Of a DNA stretch of 64,000 nucleotides, positions 47,809 to 58,161 are shown in pieces. The notes under the pieces were generated by a model. That model saw only the letters and a program-made list of their open reading frames with translations, was not told the DNA's origin and ran no database searches. Source of the DNA: Nitrospinaceae bacterium (GTDB lineage: Bacteria; Nitrospinota; Nitrospinia; Nitrospinales; VA-1); contig JBHHVU010000004.1 of the NCBI GenBank assembly GCA_046754465.1, positions 32,001 through 96,000 of the forward strand, written 5' to 3'. Each line of letters begins with the position of its first letter. Position 1 is the stretch's first letter. The position numbers and the translations under genes are program-made.

Positions 47809-49902
47809 TTATCCCTCTCTCAGAGTCGCTCCCAACCGGTCGGAAAGGCTTTGCAGGATCTTGTCGAATACGGGTTTGACCTCCTCGTCGGTCAGGGTTT
47901 TTTCCGGCGATTGGAAGGAGAGGGAAAAGGTCAGGCTTTTCTTGCCGCGCTCTATTTTTTTGCCCTCGAAAAGATCGTACAGCTCCACCCGGCGGATCAG
48001 GGGCGCGCTGGTTTCTAGGATAAGATCGGCCACTTTCCGCGAAGGGACCGATTGATCCACCAGGATGGATATGTCCCGATAGGTTTCCGGATATTTGGGA
48101 ATGGGTTGAAAACGGGGTTTTTCGGGAAGGCAACTCACCACCGCGTCAAAATCCAGCTCCCACACGAACCCGGGACGGCTCAGTTCCCATTGGCGGACGA
48201 GGCCGGGGGACAACTCGCCCAGATACCCCACGACCCGTCCCGCCGCCAGGCAGTCGACGGATTTTTCCCTGTTCAGGAACGGCCGGCCGGAGGGCCTGAA
48301 TTCCAGGGACAGTTTGAACTGGGACATGAGGGTCTCCAATATCCCCTTCAAGTCGAAAAAATCATAGTCTTTGCCGGTATCCTTCCAAACGCTGGATTCA
48401 TAGGGCCCAACCGCGAAAGCGGCGAAACAGGTTTTTTCCACGTTGCTTTCGCCCTTCTGTTCCCTGAAAAAAACATCTCCCAGTTCAAAGATCTTGACGG
48501 GTTTTTGCCCCTTGCTGATGTTGCGGGCGGCGGTTTTCAACAACCCGGGAAGAAGACTGGTCCGCATCGATGCCCAATCGTTGCTCAGGGGATTGCTCAA
48601 GGAAATGGGGATTGCTTCCTCCGATCCAAAGGCCGTTTTGAACTTCTCGGCGTTCTCTTTTTCGATGAAGCTGTAATTGATCGCTTCGGAAAAACCCAGG
48701 TGACAGAGAATCGATTTGGCTTGCCGGGCGGCGTTTTGTTTGCGCGTCAACCGGACGGTGAGGATCTCGGCCCGGGGATGGGCCGCGTCCACATTGCCAA
48801 AACCATGAAGCCGGGCGATTTCCTCGATCAGATCGATTTCCCTTGAAAGGGTGGGACGAAATGGGGGTACCTCCACCTGGAGGACCGTATCGCCCGTTTC
48901 CGCCAAGGTCAATCCCAGCCGTTGGAGATAGTCCTGGATCGTTTGGCGATCGAGATGGGTCCCCAAAACCTGGTTGACCCGGGAAACCCTCAGGGGGATG
49001 CGGGGGGATGAAAAGGGCTGGGGGTACAGGTCGATCCTGCCGCGGCAGATTTGCCCGCCCGCCAATTCGCGGATGAGCAGGGCGGCCCGGCTTTGCGCCG
49101 ATATCACCCCGTCGATGTCCACACCCCGTTCAAATCGATAGGAGGAATCCGTGCGCAGTCCGTATTTTTTGGAACCCTTGCGGACCGTTACCGGATCGAA
49201 ACAGGCGCTCTCCAGTACCACGGTCACGGTGGAATCGGAAACTTCGCTGTTGGTCCCGCCCATGATACCCGCGAGGGCGACGGGTTTGTTCGCATCGGCG
49301 ATGACCAAGGCATCCGCCCCCAGCTTCAAGTCCGTCCCGTCCAGGCTTTGAAAGGATTCGTTTTCCCGGGCGCGGCGGATGAGGATGGCGGGTCCGGCCA
49401 ACCGTTCTCCATCGAATGCGTGCAGGGGTTGGCCGTATTCCATCATCACGTAGTTGGTGATGTCGACGATATTGTTGATCGGGCGCAGACCGATGGCGCG
49501 CAGGCGGCCGGCCAGCCACCCGGGCGATGGCCCGATCCGGACGTTTTCGATAACCAAGGCCGCGTACCGGGGACAGAGCGTTTCCTCGCGGTTTTCGACG
49601 GTGATTTTTTGGCTCACCGGTGTCTCTCCCCAGACCTTTTCCAGATCCGCCTCCGGCGTGGGAAACCGGAAGGGTTTACCGAGCAGGGCCGCTACCTCAC
49701 GCGCCACACCCCGGTAACTCAGGCAGTAACCGCGGTTGGGCGTCACGTTCAATTCCATGACCTGGGTTTTCCCCCCTTCCGGCAGTTCTACCCATTCCAG
49801 GCTCTCGACCTCCAATCCACCCATCGAAAGAATTTCCGCCAATTCTTCGGCGGGGATATCGAGATCCACGTATTCCTTTAACCAATCCAGTTGAATCAGC
49901 AT
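47809..49902 (-). CDS. pheT: Phenylalanine--tRNA ligase beta subunit (short form lacking B2)
   Basis: WLKEYV, VTPNRGYCLS, INNIVDITNYVMMEYGQPLHAFD, DLIEEIARLHG, NPLS...MRTSLLPGL, C-terminal FDX-ACB domain. Confidence 0.95.
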   Translation of the reverse strand: MLIQLDWLKEYVDLDIPAEELAEILSMGGLEVESLEWVELPEGGKTQVMELNVTPNRGYCLSYRGVAREVAALLGKPFRFPTPEADLEKVWGETPVSQKITVENREETLCPRYAALVIENVRIGPSPGWLAGRLRAIGLRPINNIVDITNYVMMEYGQPLHAFDGERLAGPAILIRRARENESFQSLDGTDLKLGADALVIADANKPVALAGIMGGTNSEVSDSTVTVVLESACFDPVTVRKGSKKYGLRTDSSYRFERGVDIDGVISAQSRAALLIRELAGGQICRGRIDLYPQPFSSPRIPLRVSRVNQVLGTHLDRQTIQDYLQRLGLTLAETGDTVLQVEVPPFRPTLSREIDLIEEIARLHGFGNVDAAHPRAEILTVRLTRKQNAARQAKSILCHLGFSEAINYSFIEKENAEKFKTAFGSEEAIPISLSNPLSNDWASMRTSLLPGLLKTAARNISKGQKPVKIFELGDVFFREQKGESNVEKTCFAAFAVGPYESSVWKDTGKDYDFFDLKGILETLMSQFKLSLEFRPSGRPFLNREKSVDCLAAGRVVGYLGELSPGLVRQWELSRPGFVWELDFDAVVSCLPEKPRFQPIPKYPETYRDISILVDQSVPSRKVADLILETSAPLIRRVELYDLFEGKKIERGKKSLTFSLSFQSPEKTLTDEEVKPVFDKILQSLSDRLGATLREG

Positions 49903-50064
49903 TCCTGCTCCTTTTTAGCGGCAAAACCGGGCAAATTTGGAATTATAAGAGAACTTCCCTGAAAAAGCAAAGCGGGTGAAGAGGGCACCGTTCAAGGATT
50001 TCCCGGAAGATTTTCCGCCGGTGCTGGAAGGATTATCGCCGTTGCCCGGAGGGACCCCCACGCG

Positions 50065-51654
50065 TTAACGGAACCGGAATTTGCCCAGCCGGTAGTCCCT
50101 TTTTTTGACGGAAGCCCGGATCCCCTCATATTTTCGCTGCCATTCGGGAATCCGGTCGAGATCCTTCCCGGTTTTTTTCGCGATGATGATGAGATTCCGA
50201 TAAGCATTGGCCAAGCCGGGGTCTGCCTTGAGGGACTTTTCCACATAAGTCCTTGCCTCGCCGTAACGGCCCTGGTCGATCATCAGGGCGCCCAGGTTGT
50301 TCAGAGCGAGGGCGTTTTGTGGGTCGGCCTGGATCGCGCGATTATAAAAGCGGATCGAACAGGCTTCGTCTTTCACCAGCCAGCACTGGTAACCCGCCTC
50401 GAACTGGGCCTGGCTCCATGGCGGGTAGGCTTTCGCCACATGCAGCCAGTAGGCTCTGCTGCTGGCGAAGACCGTGGAATATTTTCCCGTTTGACTTCCC
50501 AGCAAAATGACCAGAAGACCGGTCAAAATTAGGGGAAAGGCCGCATATTGCCGCATTCGCCTGGCGCTCAACACCGGAATAAGAACCGAGGAAAAAATCG
50601 CCAGCGAAGGAAGGTAAAGATAGCGGTCCTGCCTCAACGTTTGGATGGGAACGAGGTTGGACACGGGAAGGAGCCAGAGGACGAACCAGCCCACTCCAAA
50701 AGCAAAATAGGGCCGCTTGCGAATGTTCCACAAACCCGCGAGCACCAGGGAGGGAACCAGTGCATCCGCCAAAAGGGAGCGCCATGCGTGCAAGTCCCCG
50801 GCCCGGTAGAAATATTGCGGCGATAAAAAGAATGGGAATCCCAGGGATTCCAGGTAATCCCAATAAACGCGCAAGGTATAAAGAAAGGACATCGTGAAAC
50901 TTCCGCCGGCGTATTCCCTGATGGCCTCCACCGCGCCCTGGGTCACCACCGTGGCTGCCGCAACGGCCAGGGACCCCGCGAAAAACGGTATCTTTTCCAT
51001 CAGCCGGAGGCCGCGGCGGGCCAGGCAGATATCGTAAAGCACGAAGACCAGGGGCAGCATCACGGTAACGGACTTGCTCAACAGGCCCAGGACGAATAGG
51101 GTCCACGAGACCCCAAGCCATTTGCTGAACCGGGATGTTTCCCGCGTGTGCTGGATATAAAACAAGAAGGATGAAAAAATGAAAAACGCCGAGAGCAGGT
51201 TCTTCCTTTCCGATATCCAGACGACCGATTCCGTTTGAATGGGATGGACCGCATACACGAGAGCCACGGCCAGGGTGGCCCCGCGGGACACTCCTATTTG
51301 CATCAGGAGAACCAGCGCGAGAAAGACATTGACCGTATGCAGAACCAGTTGGGTCAGGTGGTAACCGAACGGATCAAATTGCCAAAACGTGTAGTCCAGG
51401 GAAAAGGATGCCAGGGTGACGGGGAGGTAGGAATCGAAATGAACGTGGGAGAAGATTGCGAGCAGATTGTCCAGGGACCAGTTCTGGAGATAGGGGTTTC
51501 TGAAGATGTACGCCTGGTCGTCCGATCGGACTAAGAAATTGAATGTCAGGGAAGGGCCGTAAACCAGAAGGTTGATAACGGAAATGCCGAGGAAGGATGC
51601 GCCGAAGAATTTTAGGTTGTCGGACCTATTATTTTCTCGCGTCATTTCAGGCAT
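50065..51654 (-). CDS. TMTC-like GT-C glycosyltransferase with C-terminal TPRs
   Basis: DDQAYIFRNP acidic loop, YHLTQLVLH, VHPIQTESVVWISERK, LLSKS, DRYLYLPS, multiple TMs, TPRs (ALNNLG...AYRNL). Confidence 0.8.
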   Translation of the reverse strand: MPEMTRENNRSDNLKFFGASFLGISVINLLVYGPSLTFNFLVRSDDQAYIFRNPYLQNWSLDNLLAIFSHVHFDSYLPVTLASFSLDYTFWQFDPFGYHLTQLVLHTVNVFLALVLLMQIGVSRGATLAVALVYAVHPIQTESVVWISERKNLLSAFFIFSSFLFYIQHTRETSRFSKWLGVSWTLFVLGLLSKSVTVMLPLVFVLYDICLARRGLRLMEKIPFFAGSLAVAAATVVTQGAVEAIREYAGGSFTMSFLYTLRVYWDYLESLGFPFFLSPQYFYRAGDLHAWRSLLADALVPSLVLAGLWNIRKRPYFAFGVGWFVLWLLPVSNLVPIQTLRQDRYLYLPSLAIFSSVLIPVLSARRMRQYAAFPLILTGLLVILLGSQTGKYSTVFASSRAYWLHVAKAYPPWSQAQFEAGYQCWLVKDEACSIRFYNRAIQADPQNALALNNLGALMIDQGRYGEARTYVEKSLKADPGLANAYRNLIIIAKKTGKDLDRIPEWQRKYEGIRASVKKRDYRLGKFRFR

Positions 51655-51877
51655 GGGGGGGTGGGGAATCGCGGGACGGGTTTTCCCGGCACGGGTTGAA
51701 GGTCATTCCTGTTCCTGAAATTATAGGCAAATTTCCAATCAAAAGCAAAAATCCGCGGAGACACCCCGTGATCCTTCCTCGCGCGGGCGGCCTGGAAGGA
51801 AGTTCGGAAAACGGGTTCCCTGTTGAACGCACCGCATTTTTCGGATATAAACAAACCAAAGGACTTCCTTTTCCGCC

Positions 51878-53995
51878 ATGAAACTCACCGAAGAATCCAT
51901 TCTCCAGCGTCTCCGTAAAACCACCAGCCGTCCAATGAAAATTTCCGAATTGGTGAAACAGCTTTCGGTTCCGGATGATCAACGCCGGGAATTCCGCAAC
52001 CAGGTCAAGGAGATGGCCACGAAGGGTTCCCTGGTCCGGCTGCGGGGCGGCCGGTACGGCATTCCGGACGAAATGAACCTCGTCTCCGGAATTCTTCAAG
52101 GCAATCGCAAGGGATTTGGATTCGTGGTTCCCGATAAGATTTTTGAGGAAGAGGATGTGTATGTCAGCCAGGCCAACATTGCCGATGCGATGCATGGCGA
52201 CCGGGTGACGGTGCGGATCGAGTCTCACCTCAGGGGAGAAAGGCCGGAAGGCCGGATCATACGGGTCCTCGAGCGAAATACGGAGTCCTTGCTGGGAATC
52301 TTCGAACAGTTTGGAGGGAACGGCTGGGTGGTTCCCATGGACGATAAATGTTTCCACGAGGTGTTCGTCCCCGCGAAAAACCAAAAAGGCGCGAAACCGG
52401 GTCAGATTGTCGACGTCAAAATAGAAACGTACCCCACCAAGCACCAACCTCCCATGGGACGGGTCGTCGAGGTCCTGGGCAATTCCGAGGACCCGGAGGT
52501 GGAAATCAAATCCATCTTCCGCAAATACGGGGTGCGACAAGGATTCCCCCCGCGCGCCGTCGACGAGGCGGAAAAGGCCGCGGCCGAGGTTTCCCTCAAT
52601 CCCGGCGATAACCGGACCGACCTGACCGGCTGGATGATATTCACCATCGACGGGGAAAAGGCAAAGGATTTTGACGACGCCGTTTCGATAGAAACGTTGG
52701 GGACGGGTTACCGGTTGGGCGTGCATATCGCCGATGTCAGCCAGTTTATTCCGGAGGGTTCGGTATTGGACGGGGAGGCGTTGGAACGCGGGACCAGCAT
52801 TTATTATCCGGATGGGGTGATTCCCATGTTGCCGTTCCAGTTATCCAACGAGGTCTGCAGCCTGAAACCGGAGGAGAAACGGTTGGCGTTGAGCGTTCTG
52901 ATCGATTTCGATTTGGCCGGGACCGTTGTGGGATCCCGCATCTTTCCATCCGTTATTCAGAGCCGGTACCGGTTCACTTACACCCAGGTTGCCCGGCTTC
53001 TAGAGGAAGGGGATCCCGGAAAAAAATATGGTCCGGCGATGAACTCACTGAAGGACATGCTCGCCCTCAGCCGGAAATTGAGAAAAAAACGGTTCCAGGA
53101 AGGGAGTGTGGATTTCAACATCCCGGAACCGGAGGTGATTTTCAATGAAAAGGGAGGGATCGAGCGCATCGTCATCGCGGAACATAACCGGGCCCACGAG
53201 ATCATCGAGGAATTCATGTTGGCCGCCAACCAGGCGGTGGCCCGGTATTTGCTGGAAAAGAACGTTCCGATTATTCACCGCATTCATGAACCTCCCGACG
53301 AGGACAAGGTGTCGGTTTTCCAGGAATTCATTGTGTCCCTCGGCCTGCGGCTGCGATCCGTCCGCAATGTCCGGTCGATCGACCTTCAGCATCTCCTGGA
53401 GCGGGTCCGCAACCGTCCGGAGGAACGCACGATCAATATCCTTCTTCTGCGAACCATGAAGAAGGCGCTGTATTCCGAGAACAAATCCGGTCACTTCGGC
53501 TTGGGATTCGAGGATTACACCCATTTTACCTCGCCCATCCGGCGGTATCCCGACCTGGTGATCCACCGGCTGGTGAAAGCTTTTCTGAAAAAGCGGAAAT
53601 GCTCTCAAAGGGAGAAGAAACACCTGTTGCCCCGGTTGGCCGAGTTTGCCGAACAGTCTTCCCACATGGAACAAAAAGCCATGGCAATCGAGCGGGAGAT
53701 CATGGACCTTCGCCGGGTTCAGTTCATGTCCGGCAAGGTCGGGCGAACGTACTCGGGCATCATCATCGGAGTGACGGGATTCGGGTTTTTTGTCGAGTTG
53801 ACGGAGGTTTTTGTGGAAGGGTTGGTCAGAGTATCCAGTTTGACCGACGATTATTATATTTTCATTGAGGCGGAGCACAAATGGCAGGGGCAGCGCCGCC
53901 ACCGCACCTTCAAGATCGGGGATTCGGTCAAGGTCCGGGTGACGGAGGTGGACCTTGCCAAACGCAGGATCGATCTGGCGCTGATATCCCGTTAA
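51878..53995 (+). CDS. rnr: Ribonuclease R
   Basis: GFGFV cold-shock domain, FTIDGEKAKDFDDAVS, IEEFMLAAN, YTHFTSPIRRYPDL, C-terminal S1 domain. Confidence 0.96.
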   Translation: MKLTEESILQRLRKTTSRPMKISELVKQLSVPDDQRREFRNQVKEMATKGSLVRLRGGRYGIPDEMNLVSGILQGNRKGFGFVVPDKIFEEEDVYVSQANIADAMHGDRVTVRIESHLRGERPEGRIIRVLERNTESLLGIFEQFGGNGWVVPMDDKCFHEVFVPAKNQKGAKPGQIVDVKIETYPTKHQPPMGRVVEVLGNSEDPEVEIKSIFRKYGVRQGFPPRAVDEAEKAAAEVSLNPGDNRTDLTGWMIFTIDGEKAKDFDDAVSIETLGTGYRLGVHIADVSQFIPEGSVLDGEALERGTSIYYPDGVIPMLPFQLSNEVCSLKPEEKRLALSVLIDFDLAGTVVGSRIFPSVIQSRYRFTYTQVARLLEEGDPGKKYGPAMNSLKDMLALSRKLRKKRFQEGSVDFNIPEPEVIFNEKGGIERIVIAEHNRAHEIIEEFMLAANQAVARYLLEKNVPIIHRIHEPPDEDKVSVFQEFIVSLGLRLRSVRNVRSIDLQHLLERVRNRPEERTINILLLRTMKKALYSENKSGHFGLGFEDYTHFTSPIRRYPDLVIHRLVKAFLKKRKCSQREKKHLLPRLAEFAEQSSHMEQKAMAIEREIMDLRRVQFMSGKVGRTYSGIIIGVTGFGFFVELTEVFVEGLVRVSSLTDDYYIFIEAEHKWQGQRRHRTFKIGDSVKVRVTEVDLAKRRIDLALISR

Positions 53996-54009
53996 AGGAC
54001 AGGAACCCC

Positions 54010-56634
54010 ATGGCTCCCTTGCTTCCTTTTTTCCTCGTCTATCTGGGAGGGATTCTGGCGGCTCTACCCGCCGCCGTCCATTTCTGGCTGCCTTACTTTC
54101 TTCCCCTGCCGGTCATCGTTTCGGGGATTTTTGTTTTTGGGCTAAAAAAAATACCGTCAACCGGGCCATCGGAAAAATACTGGACCTGGCGATGGAAAAG
54201 GCCTCCCCCCTGGCAGTGGATTGTTCTCGGCCTTCTCCTTCCCCTGGGCTATATCTCCCTGGACTGGAACGAGCGTTTCAGGCCCTCCCATCATATCTTC
54301 AACCACCTCCAGGAGGGGCGCGCGGCAGTGGTCGAGGGGAGGCTGTATGAACCTCCCCGAAGGTCCAGCGGCCAGGTGCGGTACTTCGTCCGGCTGACCC
54401 GGATTCGATATGGAGGGGAGGAGATCGCCGTCACCGGCCGGGCGAGAATCACCCGATACGATCCGCCGGATTCAATGGACACCTTCCGCGCCGGTGATAT
54501 TCTCCGGTTCGTCAACGTGCGATTGAAGCGGCCGAGAAACTTCAGGAATCCGGGCCGCTTCGATTATCGGCGTTACATGGAGGCGCGGGGGATCGCTGTT
54601 ATTGGCAGCCTGGGCCGAAAAACTTCCATCCAAAAACTGGGGACGTTTCGCCTGCCAGTAATGACAGCTCTGAGAATTGCCCTTCGGCACCGGCTTTTGA
54701 GCACGTTGAATCATCTTTTCCCGGGTGAGGAAGGAGCGCTCCTCCAGGGGATGCTGTTTGGGGACAAAACCGCCCTGTCCCGGGAAATCCGGGAAACCTA
54801 TATCGCCACCGGAATCGCCCACCTGCTGGCGGTGTCCGGATTGCACATCGGGTTCGTGGCCGCCGCGGCGTATATGTTGGTTTGGCCCATGATGTTTTAC
54901 GGACTGTACCGAATTCGTCCAGAATGGTCTCAATCCGGGACCTCCCGCAAGGTGGCGGTGTTTTTGTGTTTCTTTCCCGTCATATTTTACATGTTTCTGG
55001 TAGGAGCCAAGGTTTCCGTGGTCCGGTCGGGGATCATGGTTCTGGCGGTGTTGGCGGCGATTCTGGTGAACCGGGAACGGCATCTTTTCAATGCCCTGCT
55101 GGCGGCGGCTTTTTTGATCCTGGCCTGGAACCCCAAAGCGGTCCAGGACGTGGGATTCCAGCTTTCTTTTGGAGCCCTGGCGGCGATCCTGTTCGTCATG
55201 CACCATTTGAACCAATTGTGGAGGGACCCGGTAGACCGGTTGGGAGAACCTTCCTGGGCTCAAAAAATTATCCGGGGGGACTATTCCCAAGAAGCGGGAA
55301 ATTCCATCTGGCAGGGAATCCATCAGCGGTTGCAGCGTGTTTTTGCGGGATGCGGCTTTATTTCCCTCGCCGTCCTTTTTGGGACTTTGCCGATTTTGAT
55401 TTTTCATTTCAATCGCGTGAGCCTGGTGGGGGTTTTTCTCAACCTGATCCTGGTCCCCTGCGCCTCGGTGCTGATCCCCTTGGCGTTGTTCTTGATTTGC
55501 CTGGGGGCGGCGGCCCCGGTCCTGGCGGGAATTCTCGCGGTTCCCGTTTATTATCTGCTGAAAGGATTTATCCTCCTGCCGGGTATTGTTTCCTCATGGT
55601 CCTTTGCCTCCCTGTATGTTCCCACCCCCCCGCGCCCGTGGTTCTTCCTCTATTATGCGCTGCTGTTTGGAGGAATTTTTGCCTGGGGGTGGTCCAGGAA
55701 GGATTCCAGGGACTCGGCCCCCCGGAACGTGTTCAATGAGAGGGGTCTGCAAGGGGTCCTCGTTTTATCGGCGGTTTGGGTGATCGTGTGGTTCATCTGG
55801 CCCCGGTTTCCGGAACTGAAATCGGGCACCTTGAAGGTTTCCATCCTGGATGTGGGTCAGGGGGAATCGATTTTTATTGAATTTCCCGACCGGAAAACCA
55901 TGATTCTTGACGGCGGCGGGTTTTTCAAGAACGTCCTGGATGTGGGAAAACTTGTAGTGGCCCCGTTCCTGTGGAATCAGGGTCTCCGCCATATTGATTA
56001 CCTGGCGGTGACTCATTCGGACAATGACCACATCAGCGGGTTGGAGTCTCTGGCGGATTTATTTTCCGTTGGATATTATCTGGACGGCTTTCCCGGCACG
56101 AAGGATGGGCGGATAGCGCGTTTGAAAGGTAAATTATTGAAAAAAGGCGCTATTTGGGTTCCCCTGAAGGTAGGGAAGGTCTTCAGAATTGGAAACGCCG
56201 CCTTGGTTCCCCTTTCTCCGGAACCCCGAATGCTTGAGACCCGCGGAGTTGCCGCCCATAATCGGGTGGGGAACGATTTGTCCCTGGTCCTGCGTCTGGA
56301 ATACAAGAGATTCAGCATGCTGCTCACCGGGGATATCGGCCGGAAAACCGAGAGTTATCTGGTTCAAAAATCCGCCCCGCTTCGATCCCGAATTTTGAAG
56401 GGTCCCCACCACGGCAGCCGGTTTTCCAATACTCCCGGGTTCATCAAGGCGGTGGGACCGAGCGAAGTTATTTTTTCCGCCGGGTATTTGAACCGGATGC
56501 GGCTTCCCGCCCCGGAGGTGGTGCGGCGGTATGAAAAGGCCGGCGTTCATGTTTGGAGAACGGACCTCGATGGGGCCATCCGAATCACCACGGATGGTTT
56601 TCAACAACGGATTGAGAGCTATGGAATTCGGTGA
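54010..56634 (+). CDS. comEC: DNA-uptake channel ComEC/Rec2
   Basis: NPGRFDY, GIAHLLAVSGLHIG, GFQLSF, LDVGQGE, THSDNDHISG, HHGS, RTDLDGAI; ATG 54010. Confidence 0.93.
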   Translation: MAPLLPFFLVYLGGILAALPAAVHFWLPYFLPLPVIVSGIFVFGLKKIPSTGPSEKYWTWRWKRPPPWQWIVLGLLLPLGYISLDWNERFRPSHHIFNHLQEGRAAVVEGRLYEPPRRSSGQVRYFVRLTRIRYGGEEIAVTGRARITRYDPPDSMDTFRAGDILRFVNVRLKRPRNFRNPGRFDYRRYMEARGIAVIGSLGRKTSIQKLGTFRLPVMTALRIALRHRLLSTLNHLFPGEEGALLQGMLFGDKTALSREIRETYIATGIAHLLAVSGLHIGFVAAAAYMLVWPMMFYGLYRIRPEWSQSGTSRKVAVFLCFFPVIFYMFLVGAKVSVVRSGIMVLAVLAAILVNRERHLFNALLAAAFLILAWNPKAVQDVGFQLSFGALAAILFVMHHLNQLWRDPVDRLGEPSWAQKIIRGDYSQEAGNSIWQGIHQRLQRVFAGCGFISLAVLFGTLPILIFHFNRVSLVGVFLNLILVPCASVLIPLALFLICLGAAAPVLAGILAVPVYYLLKGFILLPGIVSSWSFASLYVPTPPRPWFFLYYALLFGGIFAWGWSRKDSRDSAPRNVFNERGLQGVLVLSAVWVIVWFIWPRFPELKSGTLKVSILDVGQGESIFIEFPDRKTMILDGGGFFKNVLDVGKLVVAPFLWNQGLRHIDYLAVTHSDNDHISGLESLADLFSVGYYLDGFPGTKDGRIARLKGKLLKKGAIWVPLKVGKVFRIGNAALVPLSPEPRMLETRGVAAHNRVGNDLSLVLRLEYKRFSMLLTGDIGRKTESYLVQKSAPLRSRILKGPHHGSRFSNTPGFIKAVGPSEVIFSAGYLNRMRLPAPEVVRRYEKAGVHVWRTDLDGAIRITTDGFQQRIESYGIR

Positions 56635-56779
56635 ATATTTCCCAAATCGCGGCGAGTCTTTCCAGTCACGGGGGTTAAATTGTAAAAATTACATATTTTC
56701 AATGAGTTGAATTTAACTTACAATGAGATATAGCTGTAAATCAATCGGGCCCGATCGGGATAACGGAGCGGAAACAGGA

Positions 56780-57973
56780 ATGACCCTTTTAAACACCAAG
56801 CAGTCGACCATCCTCGTGGTAGATGATTCTAGGCCCCAGGGTTACTTCATCAAGAAGGTTCTTGAGCAGGATTATGAAACTCTCGTTGCCTTCGATGGGA
56901 TGGAAGCGCTGGAACTCTATAAACAAGAAAAACCCGACCTGATTCTTCTGGACATCGAGATGCCGGAAATGGATGGATTTGAAGTATGCCGCCGCGTCAA
57001 GGCGATGAGTGGGGATACCTTTCTCCCCATCATCTTCCTCACCAGCAAAAGTGACGTGAACAGCCTGATCAAGGGGTTGCAGATCGGGGCGGAGGATTAC
57101 CTGACCAAACCTTTCGCTCCCGAGGAACTGATCGCCCGGATTCGCGCGGCGTTGCGAACCAAAAAACTCTACAATCAGTTGGAGGCCGCGAATGCCATCA
57201 TCGAACAGGAACGGGACGTCATCGCCAATATCCAGAGGGGACTTCTTTGCGATTCGCCGCCGAAAATCCCGGGGTTGAAATTTTTCATGGATTACCAACC
57301 CTCTTCCAAGGCGGGAGGCGATTATTATGATTTTATCCCCATCGATAATGATCATCTGGGGATCCTGGTCTCGGATGTCTCCGGTCATGGGACGCCCGCG
57401 GCGGTCATCATGGCCATGATGCGTGTCCTGTTTCGATCTTTTCTCTCCGAAAATCATTCTCCTCGGACCACCCTTCAGCAGCTCAACAAAATCCTGAGGC
57501 AGAACCTGGAGACCGGATATTTCATCACCACCTTCTACGGGGTGATCCATCTGCCGACCCGAAAGATGAAATTCGCCTCGGCGGGGCACAATCCGCCTAT
57601 TCTCGTGGAATACGATTCCGGTTCCGTGCGGGAGTTGTGGCTGGACAAAGGCATCCCTCTCATGATTCTCCCCAATAATGAGATGGCAGAGGGGGAGATC
57701 CAGTTGATTCCGAACAGCAAACTGGTGCTGTATACCGACGGGCTGACCGAGGCGAAAAATGCTGAAGGAGAAAATTTTGGGGCCAAACGGCTGGCGAACA
57801 CCCTCCTTGAACTGGGAAAGAACCTGCCCGCCGGCAACCTGGGTCAAAAAGTGAAAGATGTAATTCATCGGTTCATGGGAGATAATAAATTCACCGACGA
57901 TTACACCCTCGTCATCCTCGAAGTGGAAGCCCTGCACAAGCCAGTTCCCCTTTCCGCTCCCGCGCGGGTGTAA
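56780..57973 (+). CDS. Receiver domain + PP2C (SpoIIE/RsbU-type) phosphatase
   Basis: ILVVDD, LLDIEMPEMDG, YLTKPF; GGDYYD, DVSGHG, SAGHNPP, YTDGLTEA, DDYT. Confidence 0.93.
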   Translation: MTLLNTKQSTILVVDDSRPQGYFIKKVLEQDYETLVAFDGMEALELYKQEKPDLILLDIEMPEMDGFEVCRRVKAMSGDTFLPIIFLTSKSDVNSLIKGLQIGAEDYLTKPFAPEELIARIRAALRTKKLYNQLEAANAIIEQERDVIANIQRGLLCDSPPKIPGLKFFMDYQPSSKAGGDYYDFIPIDNDHLGILVSDVSGHGTPAAVIMAMMRVLFRSFLSENHSPRTTLQQLNKILRQNLETGYFITTFYGVIHLPTRKMKFASAGHNPPILVEYDSGSVRELWLDKGIPLMILPNNEMAEGEIQLIPNSKLVLYTDGLTEAKNAEGENFGAKRLANTLLELGKNLPAGNLGQKVKDVIHRFMGDNKFTDDYTLVILEVEALHKPVPLSAPARV

Positions 57974-58161
57974 GACCGGACCCGTTTGCGGTCTCCTCTG
58001 GAATTTGAAGGTTCCCCGATAATGAGTCCTTCCTCCCCCTTGCGCGATTTTTTCGTAAAGATTTCCTCGCGGATGTGGATCCCGGAAAGGTTTCTTATTG
58101 AGGAATAAATCAAAATTTGCTATATACACTCATTTAACTTCCCTCTCAGTGAAAGGACAGC

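Noticed and set aside
53881..54009. N-terminal ORF-track extensions (comEC, also the NDP-sugar synthase from 26459, lysS, rlmD, yggT, divIVA)
   Set aside because: They overlap upstream genes or promoters and precede the family-typical N-terminus; downstream ATGs were used.
56789..58129. 446-aa minus-strand ORF
   Set aside because: Antisense shadow of the well-formed REC-PP2C gene; no recognisable motifs.
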